Shown here: one piece after another, positions 58,916 to 64,000 of the stretch
Numbering within the stretch: position 1 is the first letter of the stretch
Layout: each line of letters opens with the position of its first letter
Source: Planctomycetota bacterium
GTDB taxonomy: Bacteria > Planctomycetota > UBA8108 > SXIK01
Direction: 5' to 3'
Assembly (NCBI GenBank): GCA_965223265.1
Contig: OZ244999.1
Location: 5,856,001-5,920,000 of the forward strand
Length of the DNA: 64,000 nt
The notes under the pieces: model-generated
Seen by the model: the letters and a program-made list of their open reading frames with translations, nothing else
Databases searched by the model: none
What the model was told of the DNA's origin: nothing
Translations under genes and position numbers: made by a program

Positions 58916-58928
58916 GCCAAACTCGAGG

Positions 58929-59885
58929 CTATAGGTCTTCGTTTCGCGACAAGAAGTATTGTCGGACGTACTCCTGGAGCTCAGGTTTCTCCGTGTTCCA
59001 GCACCAGGCGCCAGTGTCGGTCTTCGCGATGTCGCGGCGCGGGTCGAAATCGAACGGCCTTAAACTCTCGTGCCGCTCCAGGTATCTACGATCCTTCATC
59101 CTGCCGTGCCACAGGTGAAAAACGTCGCAATCGACGACAGAGACGCGCCCCTGAACGGACGCGAAGTACTCTCGAGCCCACGAAAGGAAGAACTCCGTTT
59201 GACGTTCATTCATCCTGTGCGAACGCACAGCGTCATCGAACCGTCCGAACGCCGCGCACGCCATGACCGTGTCAGCACCGCCTAGGATGCAGCCATCGTA
59301 GAGGCCATGGCGGTCAAGTACGTCTCGTCGGTAGGCCCAGGCGACCCCTCTGGAGCACGTCGCCTGCTGACGTTGCCTGACCGTTCGAAAGTCGCCGTCA
59401 TCCGCCCTGCCTTGAGTAACGCGAGAGAGCAGTGACTCCTCTCCAAACTCGGAATCGGTCCGTCGAGCGGGTCGCACAGTGTGGCCGCGCGGTAAGTGGT
59501 AGATATGCTTGAAGAGTTGGACGACCGCGAAGTGATCGAGCGCTTTGCAGGCTCGGTCCGCCCAGCGATCGTGGTCAAAAAGAACATCGCTATCGACCCA
59601 CGCGATCTTCTCGCACTCAGCCGGAACTGACCGAAGCGCGACGTTGAGCAGACGCTCCTTTTGCCACATGACGTCACCGCCGCGAAGCTGCACAAGGATC
59701 TCGGCGTCGTCGCTACAAAGCTCAAAATTCCCATCGAAGGAGAGCTCCACGGCAACAAGCGGCACTCCGAGATTCTGTCTGAAGACGCGATAGTTCTTGA
59801 GCCGGCTCTCGTAGCGGACAGGATTGAAATGGCAGGTAATCGCCCAAAGAGGACTGTTCGGTCGATCGGGTGGCGGTCGCGGCAT
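58929..59885 (-). CDS. Putative GT-A-fold glycosyltransferase-like protein
   Basis: WQKERLLNVA, WVDSD (DxD), GVAWAYRR, ILGGAD, HLWHG. Confidence 0.7.
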   Translation of the reverse strand: MPRPPPDRPNSPLWAITCHFNPVRYESRLKNYRVFRQNLGVPLVAVELSFDGNFELCSDDAEILVQLRGGDVMWQKERLLNVALRSVPAECEKIAWVDSDVLFDHDRWADRACKALDHFAVVQLFKHIYHLPRGHTVRPARRTDSEFGEESLLSRVTQGRADDGDFRTVRQRQQATCSRGVAWAYRRDVLDRHGLYDGCILGGADTVMACAAFGRFDDAVRSHRMNERQTEFFLSWAREYFASVQGRVSVVDCDVFHLWHGRMKDRRYLERHESLRPFDFDPRRDIAKTDTGAWCWNTEKPELQEYVRQYFLSRNEDL

Positions 59886-60212
59886 CTCACCTATGAGTTC
59901 ACAGAATTGGCCGTTAGCTTTGAGTCGATTCTACATCGGCTCCCATCGAACGGGCACTTTTTCGCACATGTCTCTCCGGAGCATCGGGAGGAATCTCGCT
60001 TGCGCCTGTCGCGGCCGCGGCGCCGCGCGGTGGAGCGATCAATTCGATTGCGCTGCTCGTCAGCGGCACGTAGGATGGGTGCTGTCTCCTGTGACTGAAG
60101 GCGAGCGAGCAGGCGACGAAGGGTAGCTGGAGACCTGAGCGCCGACGCCGGCGGCGCGCCATCGACAGAGATGGACGACCTCGCGGCATCACGCGCGAGC
60201 GGAGGGACTTTT

Positions 60213-63200
60213 ATGTTGCGCCTCCCTGAGTTTCCCGCTGTTCTGTCTGTTTTTGCCCTCAGCGTGACCACCGCGTACACGGTTCACGCTGCCGACTGCA
60301 ACGGCAATCTCATCGACGACGCCGATGAATTAGCCGCAGCGACAAGCGAAGACTGCAATCGCAACGGCCTGCCGGACGAATGCGAGACACCGCTGCCGGC
60401 GTTCACAATCGACCGCGAGAATCTCTTTCAATCGCGAATTCTGCAGCTCTTCAGCGCCGACTTCGACGGCGATGGCATCGTCGATCTCGCTGCCGGCCGT
60501 CTAGACCAGTTCACGCTCAGACTTCGGGCTCCTGAAGGAGGACCTCGCGAGGTGGAGACACACCCTCACTTCCACCGCTCGTTTCGCATTCAGGCCTGGG
60601 CCATCGGTGACGTTGACGGCGACGGCGACAAGGATGCTCTCGGACTCACCCCTCTTGGACTGTGGCTGCTGCGCAATCGCCTCGATGGTACGTTCGACCC
60701 CATTGTGGAGATCGATGGAACAAACGGCGGCACACATCTGACGCTGGGTGATGCGAACGCCGATGGACTCGACGACGTTTTCGTCGTCAACGGCCGTACG
60801 CAAATTGTGAGGATTCTACTGGTGCGACCGGATGGAAGCCTCGACGCTCAAAGAGAGATGGCCACTGGCGACGGCCCAACGCGGCCCATCGTCGGGGATG
60901 TCAACGGCGATGGAACCATCGATCTTCTCGTTCCGAACCTTGCAAGCCGCGACGTCTCCGTTTTCCTGGGAGCCGGCGACGGCACCTTCTCGACACAAGC
61001 GCCGCTGACGATCGGGCATCGCCTGACGATGATCATCGCTGCGGACTTCAACGGCGACGGCCGCGACGACGTTGCCGTGGCGCATGCAAGGTTCGCGCGG
61101 GTCTACTTTTCGCTCGCTGCCGGTGGTTTCTCCGCTGCTCGAGACCTCGTCGCTTCGAACTCAACGGGTGCATGGATCGCTCCGGTCGATCTTGACAATG
61201 ACGGCGACGTCGACATCGTCGGTTCGTTCACCTCACCGCAAGGAGCTCTCATTTATCTCAATCGCGGCGGTGGCGCGTTCAATGCGGCCCAGCGAATCCC
61301 CCGTTCGACGCTCTCGGGTCCCCTGACCGTCGGGGACTTCGACGGCGATGACCGCGACGACGTTGCCGTCGTCGGATCGCTCAAACGATCTACGGTCGAA
61401 ACCTCCTGGAACGATGGCAGTCAAACCAACGGAGATTCGTTCCTCTTCAAAGAGCGGCGCACTTTGTCGGTCAACGGCATGCCTCATACGATCGCAGCTG
61501 GCGACGTCGATGGAGATGGGGACATCGATTTGGCGACCGGAAATGGAGGCGATGGCAGAGTCTTCACCTTGGTCAACAATGGTGCAGGCGAGTTCCGATT
61601 GGAGCCTCATGCCCTGTTCCCGGCACGTTTCGTGCTTCTCGAAGATCTTGACCACGATGACGACCTGGATCTTGTCGCCCTGTCGGCCGCGAGGACACCC
61701 GCAGGCAGTAACATGCGAATCTATGTCAATGACGGCAAGGGAGCGTTTACACAAAATGGGCCCGGTTTTTACGTCGGGTGCACTGACAACGCGATGGCCG
61801 CGGACTTGGATGGTGACGGGTTCGTAGACTTGATAGCCGGTTTTAACCACTTGGTTGGTAGTGGTGACGCAACTTTCTCTGCCCAAGATACCTTTGAAAG
61901 TTGCAGGTCAGTGACCATCGCTTTCGATGCCGATAGCGATTCGGACAACGACGTGGCGGTTCTCAATCGACACAATCGAATCACCGTCGGCCTGAATGAT
62001 GGTGACGCGGTGTTCGAGTCGACGGCGTTCGACGTTGAAGGCGTCGACTTGGCCGCTGCGGATCTCGACCGCGACGGTTTCCCGGATCTCGTGACGGATC
62101 GAAGCATTCTGTGGAATCGCGGCAACGGAGAGTTCGAGCAACCGGTTCCGCTCGACGAGTCGATGGACTTCACCGCGTTTTCGCTCTTGACGGCGGACCT
62201 TGATCTCGATGGATTCCCAGACGTGGTTGTGACAAGTCAAGCCGGAGAGGCCGCGTATGTCCTCATCAATCGCGGTGATCGCTCGTTCGCAGAGGCAACA
62301 GCCTTCTTTACCGGTTCCGGGCCGCGATTTTCGGTCGTCGCCGACATCGACGGTGACGGCGCCCCCGACTTGATCACGGCCAACCGCGTCGGCGAATCGC
62401 TCACCATCCACCACGGCATCGCAACACACGTCCAACCGACCGACGACTACGTCGAACGTCTCTGCCTCGAGCACGACTTCCGCCGCCTGTCCGCGCCGAC
62501 GTCGACGGCCGCCTCGAGCCCGCGCGCAACGAAGTACATCATCCCAGCACGTGACGACTCGGAGCTGCTGCCGTCGCTCTTTCAAAACGTCAACCGCTTT
62601 CAGCTCCACGAGGAGTTTCTGCGCCGCGCGTTTCCGGATCGGTTTCCGACGCTCTTTCGTGACGAGTTCGAGCGTCTCGTCGGCCGGCGGGCGACGCGCG
62701 ACTATTATGTGGGCGTGCTCCAAGAACGGCCGGAAGACCCTGAGCGGCCAGAGTTTTCCTTCACCGCCTTCGCCGACATCGGTTTCGACCCGCGGGAGAC
62801 TCTGACGCGCGGTGAAGTGACCGCGGTTTATGAACGGCTGCGCCTAGCGTTCACGCTCGGCGAGCTCGTCTACCGCCCCGACTCCGACCCGGCCAGGCGC
62901 GAAGCGGAAAACTGGGGCGCGACGCCTTTCGCGATCGACTTCACTGGCGACGGCGACTCGGCCGCTGCGTACGAGCCGTACACAACCGGGGTGAGCTACG
63001 GCCACGTCCACGTACTCACGCTCGAGGAGTTCGACTCGAGGAGTCGAGGCGGTAGTTTCACGTTCCGCGACATCGTCGTCGTCGATGCGGCGCCGCGCGA
63101 CATCGATAGCGTCGTCGCCGCGCTCGTCACCGCCGCGCCTCAGAACCTGCTCAGCCACACCGCGGTGCGCATGGCGAACCGCGGCACGCCCAACGCCTTT

Positions 63201-64000
63201 CTGGCGAGTGCCCGCTCCCTCTTCGCCCCGCACGCCGGCGAGCTCGTCCGTCTCGAGCTCGGTTCAACCGACTTCTCCCTCGAACCTGCGAGCCTCGAGG
63301 AGGCCGCAAGCTTCTGGGAACGCCGCCGCCCGTCGCTCCCACCACTCCCAGCCGTAGACGCACGCTACGGCGAGCTCGACGCACTGGAGACGATCGTAGC
63401 CGCCGGCGAGCGAGACGGCGTCCCGCTCGAGACACGCGTCGGCGGCAAAGCCGCAAGCTTCGCGCGCCTGCAAGAGACACTCGTGGGCGACTCTGCGTTA
63501 TACCGCGAAGCAGGGTTCGCCATTCCGCTCCGCTACTACCTGGAGTTCATGCGCGACAACTCCGTGGTTCTCGGCGGCGTTCGCCTCAGCTTTCAGCAAA
63601 TCCTCGACACGCTGCTGAACTCACGAGAGCTCGCTGCGGATGCCGCGCAGCGATCGGCTGCCCTGGAATCGTTTCGAGATCTCGTTCGCGCCGAGGGAGT
63701 GGTTGATCCGGCACTGGTCGCCCGCGCCGCGGCAAAGATCGAGGCCGTCTTCGGCTCTACAGCGCGCATGGTCCGCTTCCGTTCGTCGTCGAACGTCGAG
63801 GACCTGCTCGAGTTCAACGGTGCCGGTCTCTATGAGTCGACGTCAGCCTGCGCCGCCGACACACTCGACGGTGTGGTGCGTCCGGGTTCCTTTTGCGACC
63901 TCGAACGCTCGAACGAACGGACGATCGAGCGCGCACTCAAAAAGGTTTGGGCCAGCCTGTGGACGACGCGAGCCCATGAGGAGCGTACCTTCTTCGGTAT
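60213..64000 (+). CDS. Secreted FG-GAP/VCBS repeat protein fused to a PEP/pyruvate-binding (PPDK_N) domain; runs off the window
   Basis: Not in the ORF track (no stop in window). GGAGG RBS, ATG 60213, signal ending VHA-, DCNGN..DCNRNGLPDECE, many DxDGDGxxD repeats, then VGGKAASFARL, GFAIP, RFRSSSNVEDLLEFNGAGLYES, KKVWASLW in the same frame. Confidence 0.9.
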   Translation, partial: MLRLPEFPAVLSVFALSVTTAYTVHAADCNGNLIDDADELAAATSEDCNRNGLPDECETPLPAFTIDRENLFQSRILQLFSADFDGDGIVDLAAGRLDQFTLRLRAPEGGPREVETHPHFHRSFRIQAWAIGDVDGDGDKDALGLTPLGLWLLRNRLDGTFDPIVEIDGTNGGTHLTLGDANADGLDDVFVVNGRTQIVRILLVRPDGSLDAQREMATGDGPTRPIVGDVNGDGTIDLLVPNLASRDVSVFLGAGDGTFSTQAPLTIGHRLTMIIAADFNGDGRDDVAVAHARFARVYFSLAAGGFSAARDLVASNSTGAWIAPVDLDNDGDVDIVGSFTSPQGALIYLNRGGGAFNAAQRIPRSTLSGPLTVGDFDGDDRDDVAVVGSLKRSTVETSWNDGSQTNGDSFLFKERRTLSVNGMPHTIAAGDVDGDGDIDLATGNGGDGRVFTLVNNGAGEFRLEPHALFPARFVLLEDLDHDDDLDLVALSAARTPAGSNMRIYVNDGKGAFTQNGPGFYVGCTDNAMAADLDGDGFVDLIAGFNHLVGSGDATFSAQDTFESCRSVTIAFDADSDSDNDVAVLNRHNRITVGLNDGDAVFESTAFDVEGVDLAAADLDRDGFPDLVTDRSILWNRGNGEFEQPVPLDESMDFTAFSLLTADLDLDGFPDVVVTSQAGEAAYVLINRGDRSFAEATAFFTGSGPRFSVVADIDGDGAPDLITANRVGESLTIHHGIATHVQPTDDYVERLCLEHDFRRLSAPTSTAASSPRATKYIIPARDDSELLPSLFQNVNRFQLHEEFLRRAFPDRFPTLFRDEFERLVGRRATRDYYVGVLQERPEDPERPEFSFTAFADIGFDPRETLTRGEVTAVYERLRLAFTLGELVYRPDSDPARREAENWGATPFAIDFTGDGDSAAAYEPYTTGVSYGHVHVLTLEEFDSRSRGGSFTFRDIVVVDAAPRDIDSVVAALVTAAPQNLLSHTAVRMANRGTPNAFLASARSLFAPHAGELVRLELGSTDFSLEPASLEEAASFWERRRPSLPPLPAVDARYGELDALETIVAAGERDGVPLETRVGGKAASFARLQETLVGDSALYREAGFAIPLRYYLEFMRDNSVVLGGVRLSFQQILDTLLNSRELAADAAQRSAALESFRDLVRAEGVVDPALVARAAAKIEAVFGSTARMVRFRSSSNVEDLLEFNGAGLYESTSACAADTLDGVVRPGSFCDLERSNERTIERALKKVWASLWTTRAHEERTFFG

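Larger units (their letters stand above)
56690..58927. mobile_element. ~250-bp MITE/REP-like inverted-repeat element, right arm split by the intron
   Basis: Left arm CTCGAGTTGGCCATTTCGCG (56690-56709). Right arm on the minus strand CTCGAGTTTGGC|CATTTCGCG, from 58927-58916 joined to 56927-56919. Confidence 0.7.

Noticed and set aside
58430-59266. 278-aa plus-strand ORF
   Set aside because: Antisense to intron domain I and the GT-like gene; no recognisable motifs.
301-64000. ppc, pyk and the PPDK_N protein as one PEP-node cluster
   Set aside because: ppc is more than 50 kb from the other two with unrelated genes between, and the PPDK_N protein looks secreted; co-location is probably chance.
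1-64000. tRNA, rRNA, integrase or prophage genes
   Set aside because: None recognised by eye; a covariance-model scan would be needed to exclude small RNAs.

Overview
GC-rich bacterial window, very probably from a planctomycete (DUF1549/DUF1553 cytochrome plus DUF1501 pair, TIGR02999-type ECF sigma plus Ser/Thr kinase, dockerin-like C-terminal tags). It carries core genes (ppc, pyk, kdsB, Zn-ADH, azoR) among large secreted proteins and an accessory/decayed zone at about 27.8-41.6 kb. Highlights: (1) A ~2250-aa alpha-2-macroglobulin gene has an in-frame (GAGACA)n Glu-Thr microsatellite hit by two unrelated IS110/IS1111-type elements ~50 bp apart. Removing both restores the frame, and one element's non-coding region shows bridge-RNA-like guides matching the microsatellite and its own end. 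(2) A co-directional cluster encodes a lipoprotein truncated hemoglobin, a three-domain cytochrome P460 with an extra CxxCK, a second truncated hemoglobin, a SnoaL protein and a uracil-DNA glycosylase; it is a candidate nitrosative/hydroxylamine module. (3) An endonuclease-less group II intron sits in one arm of a ~250-bp inverted-repeat element, and its putative EBS1 matches the empty arm perfectly. (4) A secreted FG-GAP plus PPDK_N fusion, absent from the ORF track, runs off the right edge. All calls come from reading motifs by eye; no searches were run.
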